Shown here one piece after another: positions 16,694 through 25,364 of a stretch of 34,990 nucleotides of DNA. The notes beneath the pieces are model-generated. The model was given only the letters and a program-made list of their open reading frames with translations. It did no database searches and was not told the DNA's origin. The DNA lies in IMG/VR virus record IMGVR_UViG_3300008259_000020, positions 1 through 34,990 of that record. One strand, 5' to 3'. Source of the DNA: a virus (Duplodnaviria; Heunggongvirae; Uroviricota; Caudoviricetes). Positions within the stretch are counted from its first letter, which is position 1. The number at the start of each line of letters is the position of its first letter. A program made the position numbers and the translations under genes.

Positions 16694-17495
16694 TTTTACC
16701 TTCTTGCTCTTTTTCTTTCCACCAATTTAAAAAATTCATTGTTGGATTGCTTAGATACCAAGCAACATCTTTATATGTTTTAAATCTTGCTTGTAGCAAT
16801 TCTTGTTTAATTTTTCCGTATTCTGGGTCACGCATTGCTCTTCTATCAGATGGTAAATTAATAAGTTCTTTTGATTTTTTACCGGCATACTTGCTTAAAA
16901 ATTCTTGTAGGTTCAGCATATAGTAGAATGGTGTATCTACTATTACTTCGCCGTCCCATTCGCTTTGACTAGGAATACCTTGCTTATAACCTGCTAAGGC
17001 ACGGTTAACTTCTTCACTAGCATCATAGTCTGTTGGCCGCGATAAAGTCGTTCGCGCACCGCCTCCTAGATCTTTTGGTTTATATTTGTCATTGTAGCCT
17101 TCAAAACTTCCTAAGTCTAGTATCTCTGGGTTCCAATATGCTTTAAATTTACCACCCGGTATCATAATAAAGTTTGTGCCATGAAATCCTGATATATTAT
17201 CGGGTGTAGTAACCAACGCTTGTGTAGGGTGTTGTACACCTAAACCGTTGAAGATTTTTTGTTGAAAGAAGCTACTATTGCCTTTTACACCTTTGCGTTC
17301 TCCGCCTTCGTTATTAACTTTTATCATAAGATTTGTAGCGCCTCTGCTTCGAGATTCACCGCCCTCAAACATTCTATATAATATAGGAGTATTGCCTAGT
17401 TTATTACACATTTCAGCAGCAACTTTTACACGCTCAATAGCGTGATCTGTATCGTTAATAAATGTAACTTTTTCAGTAATCTCATTTACTTTCAT
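16680..17495 (-). CDS. tagged protein, possible ADP-ribosyltransferase-like fold
   Basis: MKVNEITE tag. ILYR early strand, GTNFIMIPGGKFKAYWNPEILDL and a late DGEVIV strand are consistent with an R-x-E type ART core. Weak. Confidence 0.4.
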   Translation of the reverse strand: MKVNEITEKVTFINDTDHAIERVKVAAEMCNKLGNTPILYRMFEGGESRSRGATNLMIKVNNEGGERKGVKGNSSFFQQKIFNGLGVQHPTQALVTTPDNISGFHGTNFIMIPGGKFKAYWNPEILDLGSFEGYNDKYKPKDLGGGARTTLSRPTDYDASEEVNRALAGYKQGIPSQSEWDGEVIVDTPFYYMLNLQEFLSKYAGKKSKELINLPSDRRAMRDPEYGKIKQELLQARFKTYKDVAWYLSNPTMNFLNWWKEKEQEGKNEYR

Positions 17496-18952
17496 TTCTT
17501 TTTAGCTCTTCCTGATTTCATATTGGCACACCAGTGGTACATCTTTCCACGTTCGCCGCCAGAATTCTTTGCACGTTTGCGTAATGCTGTTACACTGCCA
17601 CTGCAACTAGCACCGGCACGTTTTACTCTACCAGGACGGCTTTTGCCTTTTATTTTACCATCTGCAAAGTTTTCGTTATATGCTTTGTCGGCGGCTGCTT
17701 TTGCACTTGCACCATCTGGGTGGCGTGGATTAATACTAACAACATCACCATTCATAAGGTCGCTTACACTAGCACTCTTTCCTACTTTGTCCAACAGTTG
17801 ATGCAGTTTATCATTTGGGTCGTAGCCATTGGTTTCATATCCCATTTTGCCACGTACTTCTGTTCTTTTGCCTGTGTTTTTATCTAAAATATGCAATATT
17901 AACATATTGGCACGTTTGTCACGTTCCAGTTGTAACAAATAATTTTTGCTATCAGCAACATTTTCGTTTATATCTACGTCGGCACTTTTAAAAAATTCTG
18001 GATATTTTTTGTTGAACATTCGCATAATGATGCCGGCTTTTGTGTGTGCTTGGTTTTCTTCGGAACTACCAGTTTTGCCGCTGTCTTGATTTAGATCACC
18101 ATCTAGCGATTGTTTAAAATGTACAAGTTCGTGTGCAAACGTTCTTAGTATGTCAATAGGATGACGATCCTTAATACCTAGATATATAGCACGGTCATCG
18201 TTTACAAAACGTCCAAACGATGGATAGTCTTGATGATCTAGGTACGGTTCTAGTTTAATTTCGGGTAACTTATTGAGATCCAACACTTTTACAGCAATTG
18301 GAAGAAACTTCTCAACAGCCGACATTAAATCATTTTTTTTTAGATCCAATGACTGATTTTCACTAACGGACTGGCTGATCCCCATTGCACTGCGAACAGC
18401 ATCATACATCTGTTGAGCAAGTTTAGGATTTGGTACACCTTGTGTAAATGAATCAAAGTCGCCTGTTGCTGCTGCCGCTCGCATTTTACTAGCACTCATG
18501 CCTTCTGCACCATCGGCGTCAGGATCTCTTTCGCCAGCACTTACAACTGTAATGCTATCAAACTGAAATGGTACTTTTCCGCTCTTGTCTGGTTTTCCAT
18601 TGTAGGTGTCGAACAGTTTCTGAAAACCATCTACTCTGTCGCTGCCTGCAACAAACACAACATCAGTGTAACCTAAACTTTGAATATATTCTAGTGCAAC
18701 AACAGGTGTGTTAATGCCCTCACGACCGATTTCTATACCAGGAAAGAATGCCTTAGCAAACTTTAATTTTGTACCAAAGTCAAGTGGATCTTTTTTTTTA
18801 TCTTGACTGTGACTTAAAAAAAGAAAATGATCGCCGGGTATGCTTTTGATTTTATCAACTAATTTAGCATGACCGATAGTTGGAGGATTCATTCTGCCAA
18901 ATGCGAGAACTGCAACTTTACTACTTTGTTCAAACAGTTCTCTCAGTAGCAT
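17492..18952 (-). CDS. polyvalent putative virion protein: HIGH-family nucleotidyltransferase + HExxH metallopeptidase-like domain + two further modules
   Basis: MLLRELFE tag. FGRMNPPTIGH (HIGH-like), GSDR and MSASKMR (KMSKS-like), then RTFAHELVHFKQ. Junctions at VSE|N, INE|N and YNE|N. Confidence 0.7.
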   Translation of the reverse strand: MLLRELFEQSSKVAVLAFGRMNPPTIGHAKLVDKIKSIPGDHFLFLSHSQDKKKDPLDFGTKLKFAKAFFPGIEIGREGINTPVVALEYIQSLGYTDVVFVAGSDRVDGFQKLFDTYNGKPDKSGKVPFQFDSITVVSAGERDPDADGAEGMSASKMRAAAATGDFDSFTQGVPNPKLAQQMYDAVRSAMGISQSVSENQSLDLKKNDLMSAVEKFLPIAVKVLDLNKLPEIKLEPYLDHQDYPSFGRFVNDDRAIYLGIKDRHPIDILRTFAHELVHFKQSLDGDLNQDSGKTGSSEENQAHTKAGIIMRMFNKKYPEFFKSADVDINENVADSKNYLLQLERDKRANMLILHILDKNTGKRTEVRGKMGYETNGYDPNDKLHQLLDKVGKSASVSDLMNGDVVSINPRHPDGASAKAAADKAYNENFADGKIKGKSRPGRVKRAGASCSGSVTALRKRAKNSGGERGKMYHWCANMKSGRAKKK

Positions 18953-19287
18953 TAGTATTCTCCTTTTTTAAAGTTCTCAACTTCTGCTTCTAAAATTCTA
19001 TTGATAATTTCAATTTTATCGTTATCGGCCAACAAGTCTTCCGGACGCTTTTTAATATTAAACTTTTTAACATACTTTTTAACAGCCGCATCAATAATCG
19101 GGATCATTTCTTTCTTAGAAAACTTACCACCGTTCTTAACTGCTTCTTGTACATTTAACATCATAGGATACATATGTCTTCTATAAAATGCAGGATCGTT
19201 ACGCATAAAGACCATAAGGTCTTCGACCAAATCCCACGGAAGATTTTCGTTCATATCCATATTTGAAAAATCTGTTACTTTTACCAT
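18952..19287 (-). CDS. hypothetical protein
   Basis: 111 aa overlapping both neighbours, with MNE|N near the N-terminus. Confidence 0.65.
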   Translation of the reverse strand: MVKVTDFSNMDMNENLPWDLVEDLMVFMRNDPAFYRRHMYPMMLNVQEAVKNGGKFSKKEMIPIIDAAVKKYVKKFNIKKRPEDLLADNDKIEIINRILEAEVENFKKGEY

Positions 19288-19844
19288 TTTCTACACGACC
19301 AATATCTTGCTTTTGTTCTAGGACCTGGGTTATCACAATTGTGTCTTGCTCTAAAACTACGACGACGAGCAGGATTTGATTTTTTAATTTTCATATTCGG
19401 ATCGCCAAAGTTTACCTTTTTAATATTTCCTGTACCTGGGTTCTTAACATAAACCTTGAACTTTTTAACATCGCCACGCATGGGCTTGCCAAGCGGTACT
19501 TTACGTCCTTGATATTCTGCTTCATCTAGTACATCATCTTCGTTGAACCACATAACACCGTAGGCTTCGTAAAAGTCGTCGCCATCGTATGTTTCTTCTT
19601 CAACTACGTCACCTTCGGTTGAGATCTCAATATCAAAGTCTTCGAATCCCTGTTCAAACATATAATTTGCTAAACGATTAGCATATTCGTCTGATTCTTC
19701 TTCACTCAATTGTCGAGGCAACGGTATTTCGTAAACAGTAGTATCCTGACTGCTTTCATAAATTTCGTGACTGGGGAAAATACTTTCATCTAACTTTTTA
19801 GATGTTTGTTGCTTTTCCATAATTATTCTTACAAAATGTTCCAT
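19281..19844 (-). CDS. putative internal head protein: acidic module plus basic C-terminal module (…RRRSFRARHNC…ARYWSCRKW)
   Basis: Sharp acidic-to-basic switch at LDE|AEYQG. GAGG SD. Confidence 0.6.
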   Translation of the reverse strand: MEHFVRIIMEKQQTSKKLDESIFPSHEIYESSQDTTVYEIPLPRQLSEEESDEYANRLANYMFEQGFEDFDIEISTEGDVVEEETYDGDDFYEAYGVMWFNEDDVLDEAEYQGRKVPLGKPMRGDVKKFKVYVKNPGTGNIKKVNFGDPNMKIKKSNPARRRSFRARHNCDNPGPRTKARYWSCRKW

Positions 19845-19851
19845 GTTTACC

Positions 19852-20199
19852 TCAGTGATTTAGTGTGATGCTGTTTATACTACCTTGAGTCCAAGAAGCA
19901 GTTGCTCGTACCCAAACATAATTTCCTATAAAATTCTTAATAGTTGTACTGGTTGTTGACCCAACCGCAGTGTATTCTGTAGTGGGTACTGTAAACCAGT
20001 CTGTTTCTACAGGTGATACTGCTAGTGTTGCTTGCATCTTAACAGTACCTATAAACCCTGCTACTGAATATTGAACAGTATGGTAACCATCTGTTTTACC
20101 GTAATAGCCGTCGGCCTTGTATTGTTCGCCGGTAACAGACTTGGTACCTGTACCGGAATATGCTTGATTTGATAAAATTGTTTCACTTGTAGACGACAT
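19852..20199 (-). CDS. Ser/Thr/Gly-rich beta protein, probable virion structural protein
   Basis: Composition typical of structural proteins. Start moved to ATG 20199, 5 nt after GATAAATA. Confidence 0.55.
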   Translation of the reverse strand: MSSTSETILSNQAYSGTGTKSVTGEQYKADGYYGKTDGYHTVQYSVAGFIGTVKMQATLAVSPVETDWFTVPTTEYTAVGSTTSTTIKNFIGNYVWVRATASWTQGSINSITLNH

Positions 20200-20203
20200 A
20201 TAA

Positions 20204-20914
20204 CTATTTATCAATGTTTGCTTTATAGATTAACTTATCTATTCTGGTGATATTATCACCAACAATCATTTGCACCAGCATTACTACATGTTCATTACGT
20301 ACATACATGTAAGTTCCTTGAATCCAGCGATATTCGTTTTCGTGATGATCTAATGCAACTTTGCCAATTGAAACATTTTTAGAATTTTTCTTAATCCAGT
20401 CGGCTAATATCTTACTGCCCGGTTTCTTTCCAAATGTCAATTTCCAAGGAAACTTTGGTTCTTGATTTACTAAGATAACATTTTGATTGTTGGTTAGAAA
20501 GTCAATTGCTGACTCAGAAGGTTCCCATATTTCGACGTTAACAGAAAGTTTTGATGATACTTTTTTTAATAAGTCGTGGTCGTTTGTGTAAATTATAAGT
20601 GTACGACTTTCACAACGAATCATATATTCGCCGGCATTTTTTAAACACTTGTATATGTGATAGGCTTCATCAACTTCGTGTGAATGTATAACTGTGGCTT
20701 TAGAAAATCTATTTCTAAGAGTTAAAATTTCATTGGATTTATTACGCTGAACAAATTCTTTTAAACGTTGTTCAGCGTAAGACAATTTACCATTACGTTG
20801 TAAATCTGTACGGAAAATACTTGTAAGTGTATTTGTAGTTTTTAACTTATACAAATATTTCCCGTAATGCAATCGCTTTGCTTCATGCAGTTTCAGATTG
20901 CTCATGTGTTTCAA
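20204..20914 (-). CDS. hypothetical protein
   Basis: 236 aa ORF (the start may be M4). No motif recognised. Confidence 0.65.
   Translation of the reverse strand: MKHMSNLKLHEAKRLHYGKYLYKLKTTNTLTSIFRTDLQRNGKLSYAEQRLKEFVQRNKSNEILTLRNRFSKATVIHSHEVDEAYHIYKCLKNAGEYMIRCESRTLIIYTNDHDLLKKVSSKLSVNVEIWEPSESAIDFLTNNQNVILVNQEPKFPWKLTFGKKPGSKILADWIKKNSKNVSIGKVALDHHENEYRWIQGTYMYVRNEHVVMLVQMIVGDNITRIDKLIYKANIDK
20205..20212 (-). promoter_or_regulatory. T4-late-like promoter GATAAATA
   Basis: Overlaps the upstream TAG stop. 5 nt before ATG with no SD. Confidence 0.55.
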
Positions 20915-23132
20915 CTACTAATTTAATCTCGTTATCATTGATATCGATATGTACTTCGCCGCCATCTTTTAGGCTTCCAAACAACATAAGCCTTGAAAGA
21001 GGACGTTTAATATCTTTGTCAATCACACGTTGTAGCGGTCTTGCACCCATTTTAGGATCAAAGCCTTTGTCAACCAAGTAATCCAGTGCTTCGTCACTAA
21101 CCGTAATTTTAACATTCTTGTCTTTGACTTGATCCATGAGTTCTTTCAAGAACTTTCCTACAATTTTCATCATAACAGGCTTGCTAAGTTTTGAGAATGT
21201 AATTACACCATCGAGACGATTTCTAAATTCCGGACTGAAGTACTTCTTTAGTTCGCCGTCTTCGTAATCTCTGTCAAGACTTTGACTAAAACCAATAGTA
21301 TTTTTCTCTGCTTCTTTAGCACCAAGGTTAGTGGTTAGGATAAGAACGCAGTTACGAGCATCTGCTTCTTTGCCGTTGGACCCTGTGATTTTACCATTGT
21401 CCATCAACTGTAGAAGCACTGCACTAACATCAGGATGTGCTTTTTCAATTTCGTCTAGCAACAGTACACAGTTAGGATTCTCTTGTAGTTTGATGATGAG
21501 TTGTCCTGCATCATCTTCAAATCCAACGTAGCCCGGAGGTGCACCGATAAACTTTGCAATACTGTGCTTTTCTTGGTATTCACTCATATCAAAACGAATT
21601 AGTTTAACACCAAGGTGATGTGCAAGTTGTTTTGCTGTTTCAGTTTTACCAGTACCTGTTGGCCCCATAAACACAAACGAACCGATTGGTTTGTTTTCAG
21701 GTTTAAGTCCTGCTTGAGCAACAAGAATTTTGTCAACAATACTTTCAATTGCACTGTCTTGACCATAAACACTTGATTTTAGATTTGTTTCTAGATTGAC
21801 AAGATTTTCTGTTTCGCGTTCGGCAATTTGATCTTCGGGAATCTTTACAAGTTTAGCAAGTTCGTACTGAATATTTTCAGCAGTTACAACCTTGTTGTCA
21901 ACTTGATCCAGCACTTTGAATCTGCTACATGCAACGTCAATGAGATCGATTGCTTTATCAGGAAGTTTTTTATCTGCTTGATACTTGACTGAAAGTTTAA
22001 CAGCGGCTTCGATTGCATCATCAGTGATTACTACACTATGATAATCCTCATAGTACTTGCGAATACCATCAAGAATTTTAACAGACATTTCTGGTGTAGG
22101 TTCATCAACATTTACACGCTGGAAACGACGCATAAGTGCGCGATCTTTTTCAAAATACTTGCGATACTCTTCCCAAGTAGTGCTTGCAACAACCTTAACG
22201 TTGCCTTTTGATAGGGCAGGTTTGAGCATGTTTGCAAGATCGTTAGCACTGTTTCCACTGCCAGCGCCTGCACCACTGATCATGTGTGCTTCATCAATAA
22301 ACATAATGGTCTTGCCCTTTGTTTGTAGGGCTTGAAGAACAAGTTTAAAGCGTTCTTCAAAGTCGCCGCGGTACTTACTGCCGGCAAGCATACTACCAAT
22401 GTCCAGTGCATAAACATTATAGTCTTGTAAAAACTTTGGTACTTGTTTGTTAACAATTTTCCAAGCAAGACCTTCTGCAATTGCAGTTTTACCTACACCA
22501 GGATCGCCAACCATTAGTACGTTTGACTTGGTTCTACGTCCAAGTGCAAGAGCAACTTGTTCTACTTCTTCTTCACGTCCAATAACAGGATCAATCTTGT
22601 TTTTCTTTACTTCGCTGTTCAAGTCTGTGGTAAAGGAACGAAGTGCCTTGTTAGCAACGCCTTGATTTTCCTGTTGTTCTTCTTCGTCAACCATGCTATC
22701 AAATTCAGTACTCATGTAAGTAACAAATTTGTCTTTTGAGATACCGGCTTGTTGTGTTACAAAGTATGCATACGAACGTTTTTCGTTTAGAATACTAACA
22801 AATACGTCACCAACGTCAATGTTATTACGTCCATTAAACAATACCTGTGTAAATGCTCTATTCAATACACGTTCAACAGTTTGTGTCTTTTTAGGCTTGT
22901 ACCTTGTGCCTTCGATCTTAATCTCATCTAGTTTTGTCTTGAGATAGTTTTCAAGATTCTTTTTCATTAGTTCAGGGTCGGCACCAAACCCAATAATAAC
23001 TTTTTCAAAGTGTTCTTCACACAGTATTGCATACAAAAGATGCTCAAGTGTAATGTACTCATGCTGTAGTTTTTTAGCATCGTTCATTGCTTTGTCAAAA
23101 ACAACTTGTAGTACTTGGCTAGGTTCAACCAT
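20883..23132 (-). CDS. clpA: ATP-dependent Clp protease ATP-binding subunit ClpA
   Basis: Clp N-domain and two AAA+ modules (GDPGVGKT, GPTGTGKT, FIDEAH, LLDEIEK). No ClpB middle domain. IGF loop (TIGFS) and GARPL are present. Confidence 0.93.
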   Translation of the reverse strand: MVEPSQVLQVVFDKAMNDAKKLQHEYITLEHLLYAILCEEHFEKVIIGFGADPELMKKNLENYLKTKLDEIKIEGTRYKPKKTQTVERVLNRAFTQVLFNGRNNIDVGDVFVSILNEKRSYAYFVTQQAGISKDKFVTYMSTEFDSMVDEEEQQENQGVANKALRSFTTDLNSEVKKNKIDPVIGREEEVEQVALALGRRTKSNVLMVGDPGVGKTAIAEGLAWKIVNKQVPKFLQDYNVYALDIGSMLAGSKYRGDFEERFKLVLQALQTKGKTIMFIDEAHMISGAGAGSGNSANDLANMLKPALSKGNVKVVASTTWEEYRKYFEKDRALMRRFQRVNVDEPTPEMSVKILDGIRKYYEDYHSVVITDDAIEAAVKLSVKYQADKKLPDKAIDLIDVACSRFKVLDQVDNKVVTAENIQYELAKLVKIPEDQIAERETENLVNLETNLKSSVYGQDSAIESIVDKILVAQAGLKPENKPIGSFVFMGPTGTGKTETAKQLAHHLGVKLIRFDMSEYQEKHSIAKFIGAPPGYVGFEDDAGQLIIKLQENPNCVLLLDEIEKAHPDVSAVLLQLMDNGKITGSNGKEADARNCVLILTTNLGAKEAEKNTIGFSQSLDRDYEDGELKKYFSPEFRNRLDGVITFSKLSKPVMMKIVGKFLKELMDQVKDKNVKITVSDEALDYLVDKGFDPKMGARPLQRVIDKDIKRPLSRLMLFGSLKDGGEVHIDINDNEIKLVVETHEQSETA

Positions 23133-23643
23133 TTTTAATCCTTTTGATTCTGCGCTTTTCGGCCATTTTATATTTTAGTTTACTAACTCTGTCGATGTAC
23201 TGAATACCATGTAAATGATCGTATTCATGTAAGAATATACGTGCATCTATATCATCAAACTTTGTTTCTACATGTATAACATTTTTAAAGTCACTTGTCA
23301 AGGTATCAAATTCAACAATGCAACTAATTGGACGTTTTACTTTTAAAAACAGCCCAGGATGACTTAAACAGCCTTCGGGTCCTTCTTCAGTTTCTTTGCT
23401 TAATCCTTTAATAACAGGATTCATCACAACAGTTATCTCACCGTATTGTCTATTTAACACAGGTTTCATAACAAAAATCTGATACGGTACTCCTACTTGA
23501 TTAGCACTTAACCCTAGACCGCCTTCTTTAACCACAAGGTCGATCATATCTAATGCAATCGGTGCAGGATGCAGTTGATTAAACGGCCAAGTTTGCGTTG
23601 GCGTTTCTAGCATAACATTAGGTGCTAGTATTAATTGCATCAT
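23125..23643 (-). CDS. def: peptide deformylase
   Basis: [15 protein letters not shown] and HEYDHLHG (PDF motifs I-III). Confidence 0.93.
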   Translation of the reverse strand: MMQLILAPNVMLETPTQTWPFNQLHPAPIALDMIDLVVKEGGLGLSANQVGVPYQIFVMKPVLNRQYGEITVVMNPVIKGLSKETEEGPEGCLSHPGLFLKVKRPISCIVEFDTLTSDFKNVIHVETKFDDIDARIFLHEYDHLHGIQYIDRVSKLKYKMAEKRRIKRIKNG

Positions 23644-24424
23644 TTATAACTTTTATCCTTTCGATTATGATATCGTCTGATATCTTTGGAACAAAACCTT
23701 TTACTGTTAGATAAAGATGGCCAGTTATTCCTTTAGCAGGGTCTATTAAACCGTATCCTGCAATAGAAAAAACAGTTCCAGGTTGAGTTCCTTTAGGTAT
23801 TTTAACATTTATTTCGTTGCCAGTCAATGACTTAATAACAACGCTTGTTCCTAAAATAAGATCAAAAACACTAACTTCTTTTGTGCATTTTAGATTCTTA
23901 CCATCTCTTTCAAACACTGAATGTTTCTTTACTCTAACAAGAACAATTAAATCACCTCTAGGTATTGAAGCGATACTGTTGTCGCCTAGACCTTTAAAAC
24001 GTATGGCTTCGCCGTCTTGTATACCAGCATGTATTTTAATTGTAGCAATAGTACTTTGTCCATTAAACAAATTGTAATTTGCAATTAAATCTTTGCCAGT
24101 AACTACTTCTTCTAAGTCTAGCGTAATTGCTATTTTAATATCTCGATTTTTTCTAACATTAGGATATCCACGCATAGTTCCAAAGAATGCATTTAATATG
24201 TCATCCATGTTTGTTGAATTGAAGTTGTATTCCTGTTTAGGTTGATCATACTCTGCACGTTTTGTAGTATCTTTTAACGTTTCGTATGCTTCGTTTATTT
24301 CAGCAAAACGTATGGTATCACCACCCCTGTCAGGATGGTGTTCCATTGCTAATTTTCTATATGCTTTTTTTATTTCATCTTGTGTAGCAGTTTTTGAAAC
24401 ACCAAGTACTTTATAATAATCCAT
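23618..24424 (-). CDS. DnaJ-class co-chaperone without zinc finger (CbpA-like)
   Basis: J-domain DYYKVLGV...HHPD plus the C-terminal DnaJ domain ([15 protein letters not shown]). No CxxCxGxG repeats. Confidence 0.9.
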   Translation of the reverse strand: MDYYKVLGVSKTATQDEIKKAYRKLAMEHHPDRGGDTIRFAEINEAYETLKDTTKRAEYDQPKQEYNFNSTNMDDILNAFFGTMRGYPNVRKNRDIKIAITLDLEEVVTGKDLIANYNLFNGQSTIATIKIHAGIQDGEAIRFKGLGDNSIASIPRGDLIVLVRVKKHSVFERDGKNLKCTKEVSVFDLILGTSVVIKSLTGNEINVKIPKGTQPGTVFSIAGYGLIDPAKGITGHLYLTVKGFVPKISDDIIIERIKVINDAINTST

Positions 24425-24458
24425 TGCTTATTATATATCGTCTATACGTATAGCGATA

Positions 24459-24938
24459 TTAGTTAAATGGATTTAATCTTTGCAATGCTGTTTCTTGTTG
24501 TTGTGTAGCGTTTGTTGCCTGTTCTGTTGCTGCCGCAATTTCTGCATTTGCAGCCTCTAAAGCACTATTACTATCTTTGTAATAGCCTTCGTATGCAATT
24601 ATAATTGCCTGTTGCTGTTGAATAAATGCTCTTAAATCACTAAGGTTAAGGGCAAGTGCTTCATAGCCCTCATCAGTTAGTGCAAAGAACACAACAGGTT
24701 TTCCTTTTGCTTTTAATTTTTCAATTTGTGCTTGAAAGTTTTCTGGTGTTACTACATACCACTCAACATTTCTAGTTTGTACTCTATCAACTCCGGGCAA
24801 AACCAGTTCTGGTTTTTCAACTGGTTTTGCCGATATTTGTATAGGTTGTGGTTTTGGAGCACCACAGGCACTAACGACGAATAAGATCGTCGTAAAGCCA
24901 AGGACATTCACTATTGAACGAACGTGCATCTTTTGCAT
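24459..24938 (-). CDS. outer-membrane lipoprotein, o-spanin-like
   Basis: Signal peptide with a VSAC|G lipobox and a Pro-rich stretch after Cys. Overlaps the 3' end of the upstream TM/coiled-coil gene. Confidence 0.6.
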   Translation of the reverse strand: MQKMHVRSIVNVLGFTTILFVVSACGAPKPQPIQISAKPVEKPELVLPGVDRVQTRNVEWYVVTPENFQAQIEKLKAKGKPVVFFALTDEGYEALALNLSDLRAFIQQQQAIIIAYEGYYKDSNSALEAANAEIAAATEQATNATQQQETALQRLNPFN

Positions 24939-25335
24939 TCCTTTCTTCTTCTGTTAATTCTGCCCCACTTAGTAGTTCGAAACATCTTCCTACTTTATTG
25001 CTTGCCCCGTTAATAATGCGTTCGACCAATGCAGGTTTTTCGTTGCCCAATACACCCAAGTCATGTTTAGCCAATCTGTTTGACAGTTCTCTATTTTGTT
25101 CTCGAATGGCTTGAAACTCTCGGTTGATACGAGTTATTTCTGCATTAGCCTTAGCAAAATCTTGTTGTAGTACATTTATAGTTTCTTCATTGGTTTGTAC
25201 TGCTATTTCTAACTTAGCATTATTTTCAGTTAACGTAGCAATTCTAGACTGACTGTCTTTGTAATACCAAGCAAAAGCCCCTGCCATTGCTAGCATCAAG
25301 ACTCCCATCATTGCCATACCTTTTAATCCTAACAT
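24871..25335 (-). CDS. inner-membrane i-spanin-like protein
   Basis: Single N-terminal TM helix from MLGLKG (ATG 25335), then a long coiled coil and two C-terminal Cys. Lies directly after the endolysin. Confidence 0.6.
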   Translation of the reverse strand: MLGLKGMAMMGVLMLAMAGAFAWYYKDSQSRIATLTENNAKLEIAVQTNEETINVLQQDFAKANAEITRINREFQAIREQNRELSNRLAKHDLGVLGNEKPALVERIINGASNKVGRCFELLSGAELTEEERNAKDARSFNSECPWLYDDLIRR

Positions 25336-25364
25336 AGACGGTACTCCAATTTTAAAACCACTGG

